64,000 bases of DNA from Torpedo marmorata. Taxonomy: Eukaryota. The position numbers were made by a program, and so were the translations under genes. Location of the stretch: the NCBI GenBank assembly GCA_977017645.1, contig OZ360236.1, positions 1,426,001 to 1,490,000 on the forward strand. Reading direction: 5' to 3'. The notes beneath the pieces were generated by a model that saw nothing but the letters and a program-made list of their open reading frames with translations, had not been told where the DNA came from and ran no database searches. Shown here in pieces: positions 39,391 through 52,634 of this stretch; position 1 is the first letter of the stretch; each line of letters begins with the position of its first letter.

Positions 39391-39659
39391 ATTGCATATA
39401 GCCACTGGTTCCAAAGGACCAGTAGCCTTAGCCACGAGCATCACTGACTGGTGGTTTTTAGCTCTTCATTCCCAGAATCAGAATCATATCTGAGTCACTC
39501 CAACATGTCAAACAAGAACAGGAAAAATCGCCAACATTGTGGTCAAACACAGTGGCTTGAGTGCACAAGTGTCACCAGCATCTCCAGCCATACCCGAATG
39601 TTGTCAAAGAAACAAGGTGTACAAAAACTACAACTTGTTTGCAAATTTGCAAAAATACA

Positions 39660-39885
39660 GGGTGGCATGGTTAGCGTAGCAGTTAGCGCAACGCAGTTAC
39701 AGTGTCAGCAATTGGGACTGGGGTTCGAACCCCACGCTTTGTACGTTCTCCTCGTGCCTGCGTGGGTTTTCCCCGGAGGCTCTGGTTTCCTCCCACCGTT
39801 CGAAACGTACCAAGGGGTGCAAGTCAATTGGGCGACAAGGCTCATGGGCCGAAGGCCTGTTACCGTGCTGTATGTCTAAAAAATA
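39660..39885 (+). mobile_element. V-SINE copy
   Basis: tRNA head ggtggcatggttagcgtagcagttagcgc, gggttcgaaccc, V domain and tail. Confidence 0.8.
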
Positions 39886-40374
39886 TCTAGATTGGTCAAC
39901 TGCAGCTTGAAAGGAAACTTACAGAATTCTACTTATTCCTGATTCATCCCTTTGGAAAACTGGAGGGTATAGGATGGAGGTGGGGGGTGTTGGGGATGTG
40001 CGTAGCATCTTTTTACATCTAGAACGGACTGCCGGGATGTGACATGCATAGCAGCTATGACTGACGTGCAAGAGGCGTTAAGACAGACGTGAATATTCAG
40101 GGATTCGAAGGGGCCATGTGCAGGCGAACAGGATCAGTTGAATTTGGCATCATGATCCACAGACATGGTGGGCTGTAGTGCCTGTTCCATGTATCATTCA
40201 CATTTGTCCCATCATTCAGCAGCTGTGTGGCTCGATGAACGGTAGTTAGTGCAGTTCATAGTGATGTGGGTTGAATCCTGACCTCGAGGCAGATACCGAA
40301 GGGACAGATGGGTTTCCATGATTGATATGGACATGGCAGCCAGAGCCTGTTCTGTGATGCGGGGGTCTGATATC

Positions 40375-40622
40375 TCAAGGAGTTTCCAGCCTGTTTCCTG
40401 CACAGTTGCTCCCAGGCACCAGGTCTCTGTTGTTTAAACTGTGATTGTTGACTTCCGCTGATAAAGGCAGCTCTGAAGCAGATAATATCTCACTGGCCAC
40501 TTCCGAGTGTCTCTGTACGAACAGTGTGATCCCTGACTTGTAGGCGGCTGGGATGATCAAGTGCACGGAGCCTGAACCTTCAGTGGGTGTGACCTCTCGA
40601 GCAATCATCCGAGCCACCTGCC
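40375..40622 (-). CDS. Uncharacterised papain-fold (C39-like) protein, last coding exon
   Basis: ctacag|gg cag gtg...; QVARMIAREVTPTEGSGSVHLIIPAAYKSGITLFVQRHSEVASEILSASELPL...RLETP-stop; phase 1 matches the upstream donor. Confidence 0.75.
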
Positions 40623-40689
40623 CTGTAGGAGTAGGCACAAGGCACATCACAGCTCTGCACTGGCTCTCGTTCCGCTGACCAGGTCCGCC

Positions 40690-41346
40690 CACAGGGCTCA
40701 CCCCGATCCACCCCCAGGGCTTGCCCCTCCCCCCAGATCCACCCCCAGGGCTCGCCCCTCCCCACTGATCCACCCCCAGGGCTCATCCCTCCCTCTTTAT
40801 CCACCCCCAGGGCTCGCCCCTCCCCCCTGATCCACCCCCAGGGCACGTCCCTCCCCCCTTATCCACCCCCAGGGCTCGCCCCTCCCCCCTGATCCACCCC
40901 CAGGGCACGTCCCTCCCCCCTTATCCACCCCCAGGGCTCGCCCCTCCCCCCTGATCCACCCCCAGGGCTCGCCCCCCCCTCGCCCCTGATTCACCCCCAG
41001 GGCTCATCCCTCCCCCCGATCCACCCCCAGGATTCCCCCCTCACCCCGATCCACCCCCAGGGCTCGCCCCCTCCCCCCTGATCCACCCCCAGGGCTCGCT
41101 CCTGATCCACCCCCAGGGCTCCCCGCCTCACCCCTGATCCACCCCCAGGGCTCGCACCTCCCCCTCTTATCTACCCCCAGGGCTCCCCCCTCCCCCCCTT
41201 ATCCACCCCCAGGGCTCCCCCCTCCCCCCCTTATCCACCCCCAGGGCTCCCCCCTCCCCCCCTTATCCACCCCCAGGGCTCGCCCCTCTCCCCTGATCCA
41301 CCCCCAGCCCCTCCACCCTGATCCACCCACAGGGCTCGTCCCTGAT
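40690..41346. repeat. C-rich minisatellite, ~30-bp unit, ~20 copies
   Basis: gatccacccccagggctcgcccctccccc variants in tandem. Confidence 0.92.
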
Positions 41347-41519
41347 CCAGGTAAAATGAGACAGATAAAATTAATGTTAAAGTCTGCAGATACTGGGATC
41401 ACGTGCAATGCAGACGAAGGGCCCAGGCCCGAAACGTTGGTTACCATTTACTTCCTCTGAATGCTGATATGGTGGGGAGAGCCAACCTTGGATAACTAAG
41501 GAAATGAAGGAAGGCATTA

Positions 41520-42565
41520 AACTAAAAGCTCTTGGTCTCTGTACCCCCCTCTGCAACTGGATCCTTGACTTTCTCATCAGAAGACCACAGTCAGTACAAA
41601 TTGGAAACAACGTCTCCTCCTCACTGATTATCAACACAGGCGCACTCCAAGGATGCGTGCTTAGCCCACTGCTCTACTCGTTATACACCCATGACTGTGT
41701 GGCCAGGCATAATTCCAATGCCATCTACAAGTTTGCCGATGACACCACAGTTGTTGGCAGAATCACAAACGGCAATGAGGAAGCGTACAGGAGGGAGATA
41801 GATCAGCTCATTGAATGGTGTAACGACAACAACCTTGCGCTCAACGTCAGCAAAACCAAGGAGATGATTGTGGACTTCAGGAGGAAGTCAGGGGAACACG
41901 ACCCAGCCAGTCCTCATCAAGGGCTCAGTAATGGAGAGGGTCAAGAACTTCAAATTCCTGGGTGTCAACATCTCCGAAGATCTGTCCTGGAGCCTCCACG
42001 TCGATGCAATCACAAAGAAGGCTCACCAGCGGCTATACTTTGTGAGGTGTCTGAGGAGATTCAGTATGTCACCAAAGACTCTCGTAAACTTCTACAGGTG
42101 TACCGTGGAGAGCATTCTGGCTGGTTGCATCACTGCCTGGTATGGAGGTGCCAACTCTCAGGACAAGAATAAACTCCAGAGGGTTGTTAACTCTGCCTGT
42201 GACATCACAGGCACCAGACTTCACTCCATCGAGGACATCTACACGAGGCGGTGTCTTAAAAAAGCAGCCTCTATCCTCAAAGACCCCCACCACCCAGGCC
42301 ATGCCCTCTTCACTCTGCTACCATCGGGAAAAAGGTACAGGAGCTTAAAGACGAACACTCAATGGCACAAGGACAGCTCTTCCCCGCTGCCATCAGATTC
42401 CTAAATAATCAATGAACCAAAGACACTGCCTTACTTTTCGTGCACTATTATTTATATATTTTTTTTATAGTAATGTCGTAAGATGGTTATAATATGAATG
42501 TTTGCACTATGATGCTGCCGCAAAACACCGAATTTCATGACTTGTTCATGACAATAAATTCTGAT
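41520..42565 (+). mobile_element. Rex1/Babar-type LINE, 5'-truncated, frameshifted
   Basis: [32 protein letters not shown]; a 4-bp ccag duplication near 41905 shifts the frame; near-identical to 54825-55860. Confidence 0.88.
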
Positions 42566-42569
42566 GCTC

Positions 42570-44265
42570 ATGCATGCAAAGTCATAAACTAGTGCGAAAT
42601 TGGCAGATTGGGAAAACTTTAAAAAGCAATAAAGAACCACAAAGCAAGCAATAAAGGGAAGATAGATTACAAAAGTAAACTAGCACAAAATATAAAAGTT
42701 TTTATAGTTATATAATGCAGAAAAGGGTGCCTAAAGTGAAGGTGGGTCCCTTGGAAGATGAGAAAGGAGAATAATGAGTAATGTGGAAATGGCCGCAGCT
42801 TTGAACGACTATCACGGTGGAGGACACATCTAAAATGCCAACGAGTGATGTTATGGATGCCGTGGGATGTGAGGATCTCAATACAATTGCTACTTCTAGA
42901 GAGAGTGCTGAGCAAACTAGTGGGTCTAAAGGTAGATCAGTCCCATGGTTCTGATGGAATGCATCCCAGGGTGCTGAAAGAAATGGAGGAAGTTATAGTA
43001 GAGGCTGGTGATAATTTACCCAAATTCTCTGGATTCTGGCTAGGTCCTGGCGGACTGGAAGGCATGAATGTCACGCCACTGTTTAAGAAAGGATGTAGAC
43101 AAAAGGCAGGTAATTATAGGCAAGTTAACTGGATGTCTGTAGTCTGGGAAATGCTTGAAGCTATCATTAAAGAAGAAATAGTGAGACATCCGGATAGAAA
43201 TTCTTCCATTAAGCAAACCCAGCATGGATTCAGGAAGGGAAGGTCCTGTTTGACGAATTTACTGGAGTTATATACCAAGTGCGGTAGATAGAGGGGAACA
43301 GGTGGATGTTGTGTACTGGCATTTCCAGAAGGCATTTGATAAGGTGCCACATAAAAAAACTTATCTATAAGGATGCATGGAGTAGGGAATAAAGTATTAG
43401 CATGGAGAGAGAATTGGTTAACCAATAGAAAGCAGAGAGTTGGAATAAATGGGTGTTTCTCTGGTTGGCAATTAGTGCTGCCGGAGTCAGTGCTGGGCCC
43501 ACAACTGTTCACGATATACATTAACAATTTGGAAGAGGGGACTGAGTGCAAAGCATCCAAGTTTGCTGATGACACTAAACTGAGTGGAAAAGCAAATTGT
43601 GCAGAGGATGCAGACATATGGATAGGTTACATGAGTGGGCAAGGGTCTGGCAGATGGATTGGTAAATGTGACATCATCCACTTTGGAAGAAAAATAAATC
43701 AGATTATTATTTAAATGGTGAAAGATTGCAGCATGCTGTTATGCAGAGTGCTTGTGCATGAATTGCAAAAGGTTGGTTTGCAGGTGGTAATGAAGAAGGC
43801 AAATGGAATGTTGGCCTTCATTACTAGAGGGATGGAATTTAAAGCAGGGAGATTCTGCTGCACCTGTACAAGGTACTGGTGAGGCCGCAACTGGGGTTCT
43901 GCGTGCAGTTCTGGTCTGATCTCCTTGCGCAAGTATAGATGTACTGGCTTTGGAAGTGGTGCAGAGGAGGTTCATCGGTTTGATTCCACAGATGGGGGGG
44001 TTAGCATATGAGGAGCGATTGAGTCGCCTGGGACTGTACTCACTGGAATTCAGAAGAATAAGAGGGAATCTTAAAGAAACATAAAATTATAAAATGGATA
44101 GATAAATATATTTAAGACAAGAGTTGGATAGATTTTTGCATGGCAGGGAATTCAGGATTCTGGGGAAAGGGCAGGTAAAGTGGGGCTCAGTCCAAGGCCA
44201 GATCAGCCATGATCCCATGGCAGAGCGGGCTCGACAGGCCAGATGGCTTTATGTTCCTGATACTT
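42570..44265 (+). mobile_element. CR1-clade LINE, decayed RT to 3' end
   Basis: DGMHPRVLKE, QHGFRKGRSCLTNLLE, KFADDTKLSG. Confidence 0.85.
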
Positions 44266-44608
44266 ACGTTTTCTTTCATAAAGCCACACTGATACATCCT
44301 GATCGCCTTCCAATTTACAGCTATTACCTCTTTAATAACAGATTCAAGCATTTTTCCAATGAAACTGGCCTATCGGTTCTGGATTTCTACCTTCCTCTTG
44401 CTAACATTCAGTTTTCCAGTCCTCGAGCACCTCCCCAGAATCAATGGGACATTTCTTATTACTCCTGAGGATGCAAGTTATCAGAACCCACGTGGAGATG
44501 GGCTGGAGGCATCAGAGAGCACCTCAGAACGTGGAGGCTCTGCACCTCATGGTGTTGACCTGACAGGGGCTCTGTGCTAACCAGTTCTGATGTGAAATCT
44601 CTGCTCAC

Positions 44609-44761
44609 CTGCGACATCCAGCTGTCTCCAGGCAGGGTGATCCTGGATCTCTGTCAGCACACACGGCCCAGCATCCCGCGGGAGACGAGAGAGGACATCC
44701 TCCTCCCGGACCAGTAGCAATGAGGCACTACACAGGCGCCGCTTCACAATGTGGCTGTCCA
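44609..44761 (-). CDS. Uncharacterised papain-fold protein, internal exon (153 bp)
   Basis: gtgcag|tg gac agc...gtc gca g|gtgagc; (M)DSHIVKRRLCSASLLLVREEDVLSRLPRDAGPCVLTEIQDHPAWRQLDVA; symmetric phase 1. Confidence 0.78.
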
Positions 44762-44846
44762 CTGCACAGAGGGAAAGTCTCATTACACTCGGTCAGGAAC
44801 CCTTTCCCTTCATCCCACTCCACCCCACTATCTGGAAGCTTCAAAG

Positions 44847-44985
44847 GCCCTGCTCCTGGTTCAGTCCAGTTCCTCACACAGAGTCCGAGCTCCTGGTTCA
44901 ATCTGGCTCCTCACACAAGAGTCCCTGCTCCTGGTTCAGTCCGGTTCCTCACACAGAGTCCCTGCTTCTGGTTTAGTCCAGCTCG
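44847..44985. repeat. Tandem repeat, ~38-bp unit, ~3.5 copies
   Basis: ctgctcctggttcagtccagttcctcacacagagtcc repeated. Confidence 0.8.
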
Positions 44986-45669
44986 GAGTCGAGCATCCCA
45001 TGGAGAACAGCAGCACAGGGGACATCATATTTCAGAAAGTGAGGTGTGGCTGGGAGACCGCTGCTGCTCATTCAGACGCGGTGAGTGTTTACACCTCTAT
45101 TATGGTACGGACATGAGGGACTGGAGTGTTTAGCAGTCTGGTTCAGTGTGGACCTTGGTTTCCCACTGGGATTACTTTCAGTCAAGTTTTTTTTAAGTTA
45201 CCTGGAAGCCTGGTGCCCAGTGCTATGTTGTCCGCACCACCTGAGACTTCCTGTGGTCCATATGAACTTGTGTGCAGGAGATGCACTCAGATTGATCAGC
45301 TGGTGCTGGGCTTTGGAGCTTCAGTGCCAGCTGAAGGCACCACAGCATATCAGTTACACAGTTATAGCAAGGTTTTAAGCGGTAGTTACCCCCTGCACAA
45401 CCTGAGGAATATATATTCATGACTTGGATGTGATGAAAGGTGGTCTGACAGAGCAAGGTTGCAGATTACACAAAAATTGGCAGTGTCAGAATCCAACCAA
45501 ATGCGAGGTGATGCATTTTGGGAAGAAATATCGGGTAGGACATGTACAGCAAACAGCAGCAACATCGGTATATAGTGCAGCGGAGAAGGCAAGTGGCATG
45601 CTTGCCTTCATAGGGGCGCAGAGTATCAGAGTTTAAAAGAACAAGAATTTGTAAAGTCTCCTAACTCAC

Positions 45670-45936
45670 TGAGCTCCAGAGGATTGGTCATGTAAATCCC
45701 CTCAGGGCCTACTCCGAATATCATCTGATGGTGCCAGGCATCGGGAATCTCCTCTCCCTCTGGCACTGCAACTTGCATGTTCATGGTAGCTACAGGCACA
45801 GCCCCCTTGCTGATCCAGCCAACCAGCCAAGCTGTCAGATCCACTGCCCGCTCCGGGTAGAAGCTGAAGAACCTGCCAGTTACCCTACCCTCACTGGCCA
45901 TCTCTGCTCCCTCCAGCAGCTGCTCATGGGTGGCAC
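45670..45936 (-). CDS. Uncharacterised papain-fold protein, internal exon (267 bp) with putative catalytic His and Asn
   Basis: tgccag|gt gcc acc...gag ctc a|gtgagt; ATHEQLLEGAEMASEGRVTGRFFSFYPERAVDLTAWLVGWISKGAVPVATMNMQVAVPEGEEIPDAWHHQMIFGVGPEGIYMTNPLEL. Confidence 0.82.
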
Positions 45937-46759
45937 CTGGCAAGAGAAAGCAGTGTGTGATTATTGCTGTCTGTAGCAGTCCCGGACCATCCATTCCCCT
46001 TCATCCGCAACCAAACAAACCTTACCACACCCTGCTCTGAAGCCGCAGCTCCCACTCCCGACGGGCTGGGGGCGCAGTCTTCTGTCGTCCAATTTGAAGA
46101 GCTGCAAACCGAGAAAACCTGACATACTATGCTCATTTGCAGGTACATCCTGTCCACACACACCTTAGCAAACTATGCGCTCATGCAGAGGCTACACACA
46201 CGCACACACAGGATGCATACATGTACACCATACCAACTGTGTCCCTGCACTCATCACACAGCTTGCACTTGATGCTCACACACGATGCACTATGAATGCA
46301 GAACAACTGTTTAGTCTATACAGTATGTGTGAGCCCCTGGCTTTGAGTCACACATCACTTTTCCACCCTGATCCTGGCCGGTCTTCAGTCATGCAGCTTC
46401 AGTTCCCAGATTCAATGCTGTCCTCCGGCGCTACCTGTGTGGGGTTTGCACGGTCTCTCTGTGACCCAAGTGCTCTGGTTTCCTCCCACTCCCAAAGATG
46501 TGCTGGTTGGTAGGTTAGGGATAATAGGACCAGCTGACCACTAAGTTACCCCTAATTTGTTGGTTAGCACCAGAGATGAGGGGAATGTGGGAGAGAACAG
46601 GTTACGGTGAAGTGGGGAGACAGGACCAATGGAAATGCTCTGGGAGCTGGCATGGACTGATGGACTGAATGGCCTCTTATGCCAGAAAGACATTTGAAAT
46701 ACCCAGACCAAATTAATTCAACACTTTTGGAAAATCAGCATTTCAGCATCTTGGTTTAA

Positions 46760-47995
46760 AATTTCTGATGGGAAACTATCCTCCCCCGGAGACTTTCCAC
46801 TTGTTAAAGAACTAAGAGCGTCATTAACTTCTCTCATCGTAAATGATGTGTCTAAAAATGTTTTACTTTGGGTATTTAATCGAGGTAACTTCATTTTAGA
46901 TAAAAATTCACTAATTTTAGAGTCATCTTTATCAGTTTGAGATTTATATAAATTTAAATAAAATTCCTTAAAGGAATCATTTATTTCTCGAGGTTTATGT
47001 TATTTTCTTTGAATTCTTTTTTATAGCGGTTATAGTTCTAGAAATTTGTTCTTTCTTTAGTTGCCACGCTAACACTTTGAGCTCTTTCTCCCAGTTCATA
47101 TCTTTGCTTAGTTCTTTCAATGAATTTTTCCATTTTATATGTTTGTAACGTATTATAATGCAATTTTTCTCAATTAAATTTTTTCTCTTTTCTTCTGTTC
47201 CCTTTTCTTGCAAATCTTTCTCCAAAAACTCAATCTCCCTTTCCAGATTATCCAATTCCTGAATATATTCCTTCTTAACTTTTGCTGAATAACTTATTAT
47301 TTGACCTCTTAAATAAGCCTTTAAAGCTTCCCAAATAATAAATTTATTATTAGTCGAATTAGAATTAATCTGTAAAAATTCTTGAATTTCTCTTATATAA
47401 TTACAAAAATCCATTCTTTTCAATAAGGAAGAATTAAATCTCCATCTATATATCATTTTTTTCTTTTTCTGGAATTATACATGACATTAAAAGAGGTGAA
47501 TGATCAGAAATTATTCTAGCTTTATATTGTGCTTGAGTCACCCTCTCTTCTAATTGTGATGACAATAAAAACATGTCTATTCTAGAATAAGAATCATGTC
47601 TAAAAGTATAAAAGAAATAGTCTTTTTCTTTTGGATTCAACTTCCTCCAAATATCTATTAAATTCAAATCTTTCATCAAAGTAAGAATTATTTTAGCAGT
47701 TTTAGTTCTAATAATTGATTTTGATGTTTTATCCATTATTGGATCTAAACAACAATTAAAATCTCCACCAATTAAAATATTATCATTTGCTTCTGACAAG
47801 TGCATAAAAGAGTCTTGAATAAATTGTTCATCTTCCATATTTGGCACATATATATTCATAAGTGTCCACATTTCTGAATATATTTGACAATTTATTAAGA
47901 CAAATCTTCCTGCAACATCTATAACCACAGATTGTATTTTAAAAGGTAACTTTTTATTAATTAATATAGCAACTCCTTTTGCTTTAGAATTAAAT
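46760..47995 (-). mobile_element. L1-clade ORF2 endonuclease region (inverted segment)
   Basis: FNSKAKGVAILI, LIGGDFNC, YSRIDMFL, IISDHSPL, WRFNSSLL, IWEALKAYLRG, ending at GKSPGED. Confidence 0.88.
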
Positions 47996-49900
47996 GACTG
48001 TTTTATTGAGAGAATATGGGGAAATATCTGGTTATAAGATTACTTCTGATAAAAGTGAAATTATGCCATTGACACAAGGAGACTATAATAAATGTAAAGA
48101 AATTACACGATTTAAATGGTCAAATAATGGAATTAAATATTTGGGAATTAAAATAGATACAAAATTAGGTAATTTATATAAATTAAATTACTTACCATTA
48201 TTTACTAATATTAAAAAGGATTTAGAGAGTTTGAAAGACTTACCTATAACTTTAATAGGAAGGGTAAATTGTATCAAAATGAATGTTTTTCCAAGAATTC
48301 AATACCTTTTTCAATCAATTCCTTATGAAATTCCTCAAAAATTCTTTAAGGATTTAAATTTAATTATTAGGAAATTTTTGTGGAATGGAAAGTTGGCTAG
48401 AGTAGGTATGGAGAAATTAACTTGGAATTATGAAATGGGAGGTTTACACATTCCCAATTTTCAAAATTATTATAAGGCAGCTCAATTAAAATTCATTAAT
48501 GAAATGTTTGATTTAGAAAAATCTTCTGCTTGGATTAGAATAGAATTAAATAATATAGGAGGATTCGAAAGAAGAAGTTTTTTTTAAATGGAATTCTAAA
48601 TTATTATTAAGGGGAGGTAAAAATTCCCCTATTTTAAAACATTTGTTAGAAATATGGAATAAAGTGGATCGGGAGATAGGAGGGAAAGGGTTAATTTCTT
48701 GTAAAATGCCTTTATATAAAAATAAACTTATCCCATTTACTATTGATAATCAATTGTTTAAAATTTGGTTTCAAAAAGGGATAAAAAAATAAATGATCGT
48801 TTTGAAGCTGGTAAATTTATTACTTTTCAAAGAATGAAAGAGAAGTTTAATGTATTAAATAATACACTTTTTGCTTATCAAATAAGAACATTTTTAGTTG
48901 AAAAGTTAGGTCATAGTTTAATTTTACCAAAACAAAGTGAATTGGAATTATTAGTTACTAATGGGGGTATAAATAAATTTATTTCTCAAATGTATAGATT
49001 GTTACAGAAAAAATGCCTAAACCAGGAATTACATAAATCAAGATTAAAATGGGAATCAGATTTGAATGTAACAATAGATGAAGAACATTGGAAAGAAATA
49101 TGTAAACAAAGTATGATGAAAATTATTAATGTTAGATATAGGTTAGTACAATAACTTTTTGCATCAATTATATTGAACACCTAAGAAACTAAAGAAATTT
49201 AATTCGAGACTATCAGATTTATGTTTTAGATGTAATAGAGAGGAAGGCTCTTTTGTACATTCTACGTGGCTTTGTCCAAGGATACATGCTTTTTGGCTGA
49301 AAGTTTAAAAGTTTTTAGACAAAGTATTAAGAATTACACTCCCAATGAATCCTATGATATTTTTGTTTGGAGATATTAAAAGAATTAGTATTAAAATTAG
49401 ATTAAATATGTATCAAATAGAATTTTTACGAATTGCTTTAGCTGTTTCAAAGAAATGCTTTGCTATTACATGGAAATCTGATGTCGATTTAGGGTTAGAA
49501 AGATGGCATGCAGAACTTCATTCATGTATGCCACTTGAAAAAATTACTTATAATTTACATAATAAATATCATTTCTTTTTGAAAATATGGAGCCCATATA
49601 TAAAGACTGTGGGTTTAAGGATTTGAGGATTTCTCGATATCAGATCTGACTGGCGAACCTATGTTCCACAATAAAATTAATGTATAGTTGTTCTTTTTTT
49701 TTTAGATTGACATTCTCCAATTACTATCCTTTTTTTTTCTTTCTTTCTATATTATTAGAGTAGTAGGGGTGGGTGGGTTAGGGAAGGGAGGGAGGGGACG
49801 GTGAAAATATATCACATGTATTCTGATAATTTTGTATTTTATAAACATGTATTATCGTGTGATTTAAAATTTTAAATAAAATTTTTTTTTTTGTTTTAAA
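47996..49900 (+). mobile_element. L1-clade ORF2 late RT, zinc finger and 3' UTR
   Basis: EISGYKI, IKYLGI, LIGRVNCIKMNVFPRIQYLFQ, GGLHIPNF, zf-RVT region, 3' UTR with aataaa. Confidence 0.88.
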
Positions 49901-51206
49901 AAGGTTTTGAAACTGGAACACACCTCAGCCAGGTCATCACTTCACCTCAGTTCAAATAGAGCCTCGGCTGCTCTGCCTCTGCCGCCTGCTTGTTTCTGTA
50001 GCTTGCTGCTTTTCTACTTTCCACCACCAGCTGGCTCTCTCCCTCCCGATTCTCCTCTCAGCTTCCTGTGCTCCTGTCACTCTCCCCTTCTGTGCAAATT
50101 CAACGTTCACTTCCTGCTGAGCATCTCCACTTTCTCTGTTTTTATAACAACAGGTCAATGACAATTTAAATCAGAACTGGGAAAACTTGATTCCCACCTT
50201 AGGAACAGGAGCCCCTCTAGCATTTTACACAGAAATAGGAAGCCATTCGGTCTCTTGAGCTTATCAGTTTGGAACAGGAAGATCTTCTCGTCTAGAATCT
50301 GTTCAGCCACTTAGTTGGATGACTGCTGTTCTGCACTCCAATCCCATTTACTTCCTTTGCCTCCATATTCCTTGATACCCCAAAACAACATTCCATCACG
50401 GGAGACAAAAGTCTGCAGATGCTGAGTTCCTCTAGCAGTTTTCAGATTCCATCAGTTCTGTTGAAGGTGGAAAATAATTCTTTCTCTCTCCATAGATGCT
50501 GCCTGACCTGCTGAGTCTGCACAGTATTTCTATTTTGATTTCCAGCATCTACAGCAGTTTGGCGCTTCAAACGTTCTCAGTGTTTCTGACAAAAATTATA
50601 TTACAGATGCTGGAAACCTGCAATAAAAATGGAAAATATTGTGCAGACGGCACAATATTCTCCCTCCATATGTTTCTCTCTCCACAGAGGTTGCCTGGCC
50701 TGCTCGGTATTTCCAGTGTTTTATAACAATGTCAGGTCAATAACCTTTTCATCAGAATTGGGAAAAAGTGGGAATTAAACAAATTGCATTTTCAGAGAAG
50801 GGGGAGAGTGGTAGGGGGTCAGGAATCCAATAGTCAGGGAGAGCAGAAACAAAGCTGAAAGTGTAAATTAGAAATGTCCTGCGCAAAATAAACAGGAAGT
50901 GGAAGCAAAGGCAGGCAGCAGATGGGGTCAGGGTGCATAAAATAAGGCCAAATGTACAGAATACTGTTCTCAAAGGTTTGCAGGAACGGTGGGGTTAGTG
51001 GACATGATTGAGGAGGCAGTTAATAAAGGGTACAAAATTCTCAACTTAGTCAACAAAGACGTAGAATACAAATACAGAGAAATCATACTGATTCTTCATA
51101 AAACATTACGTTCAATTCTAGTCACCGCACAATAGGGTCCAGAAAAGACTACTGAATTTTTGAAGCAATATGTAGATAGCCCAACCAGTGAGGGGCCCAT
51201 TCTTAA

Positions 51207-51962
51207 GTTCAAATTCAAATCTATTGTCAGAGTACATACATGACAACACATACAACCCTGAGATTATTTTTCCTGCAGGCGAGGCAGAATTTCTACTTAT
51301 CGGTAAACTATACTCAAGAAAAAGATACAAATACAAAAGAGAAATGTAAACAAACTATGCAAATGCAGAAAAAAATATTTAGTAATAAATAATTACTAAA
51401 GTAAGAGTCCTTAAACGAGTCTCTGATTGAGTCTGATGGCGGAGGGGTAGCAGCTGTTCCTGAACCTGGTGGTGCGAGTCTTGTGGCACCTATACCTCTT
51501 TCCTGATGGCAGCAGCGAGAACAGAGCATGTGCTTGGTGGTGTGGATCCTTGATGATTGCTGCTGCTCTCTGACGGCAGCTTTCCATGTAGATTTTCTTG
51601 ATGGTGGGGAGGATTTTGCCTGTGATGTCATTGGCTGCATCCACTACCTTTTGCAGGGCTTTCCGCTCAGAGGTATTGGTGTCCCTAGACCGTGATGCAG
51701 CCAGTCAGCATACTTTCCACTAGACATCTGTAGAAGTTTGCCAAGGTTTCCAATGTCATACCAAACTTCCACAAACTCCTGAGGAAGTAGAGGCACTGAT
51801 GTGCTTTCTTCACAATGACATTAGTGTGTTGGTTCCAGGAACAGTCCTCTGAGAGAGTGTGACTCTCAGGAATTTATATTTGCTCACCCTCTCCACCTCT
51901 GATCCTCAAATGATCATACACCTCTGGTTTTCCCCTCCTAAAGTCTACAATCAGCTCCTTGG
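51207..51962 (-). mobile_element. Rex1/Babar-type LINE 3' fragment
   Basis: [33 protein letters not shown]; (aaattc)n tail. Confidence 0.82.
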
Positions 51963-52406
51963 CTTTGACATTTGGTTGTTCGGCCTTGTATTGGGAAATA
52001 AGCCTGACCAGGTGATTAGAATTTCAGTGGGAGAGTTTTTTGGGAATAGTGATCACAATTCCTTGTTTCAAGATAGTTATGAATAAGGACAAGCCTGGGC
52101 TTTGTGGGAAAATACTAAACTGGGGGAGGACAAATTATGACATAAAACACAGGATGTGCGGGAGTTAATTAGGAGTAGCTGTTATCAGTTTAGTTACCCG
52201 TAATTAGAAATTCTGCCTGGCCCACAGGGAAATGAATCTCAGGGTTGTCTGTGATGTCATGTTTGTACTCCGACAATAAATTTGAACTTAGACTTTTAAC
52301 TTGTCTGGTAAGTCCACAATGGCACATGGGAGTTGTTTAAGGACAGCTAATTGGAGTTCAGGACAGGAATGTCCAGTAAGGAGGAAGGACAGGGGTTGCA
52401 AGCTAA

Positions 52407-52622
52407 GGGTGGCACAGCAGCGCAACACCATTACAACGGCAGCAACCTGGGTTCGAGCCCGTCGCTGTCTGTAAAGCGCTTGTATGTTCTCCCCATGACT
52501 GCATGGATTTCCTCCCGTGTACTAAAGATGTACGAGTCAGCAAGTTAATTGATCAGATGGGTGTAATTAGGTGGCACGGGCTCATGGGCCGGAAGGGCCT
52601 GTTACAATACTGTATCTCTAAG
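52407..52622 (+). mobile_element. V-SINE copy, diverged
   Basis: gggtggcacagcagcgc...gggttcgagcccg...gggccggaagggcctg. Confidence 0.65.
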
Positions 52623-52634
52623 TAAGTTTATCAA

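Noticed and set aside
34022-40375. Functional coupling between eif6 and the convergent peptidase-like gene
   Set aside because: Adjacency in a vertebrate genome does not imply shared function; the stops are over 6 kb apart and the poly(A) site of the minus gene could not be assigned.
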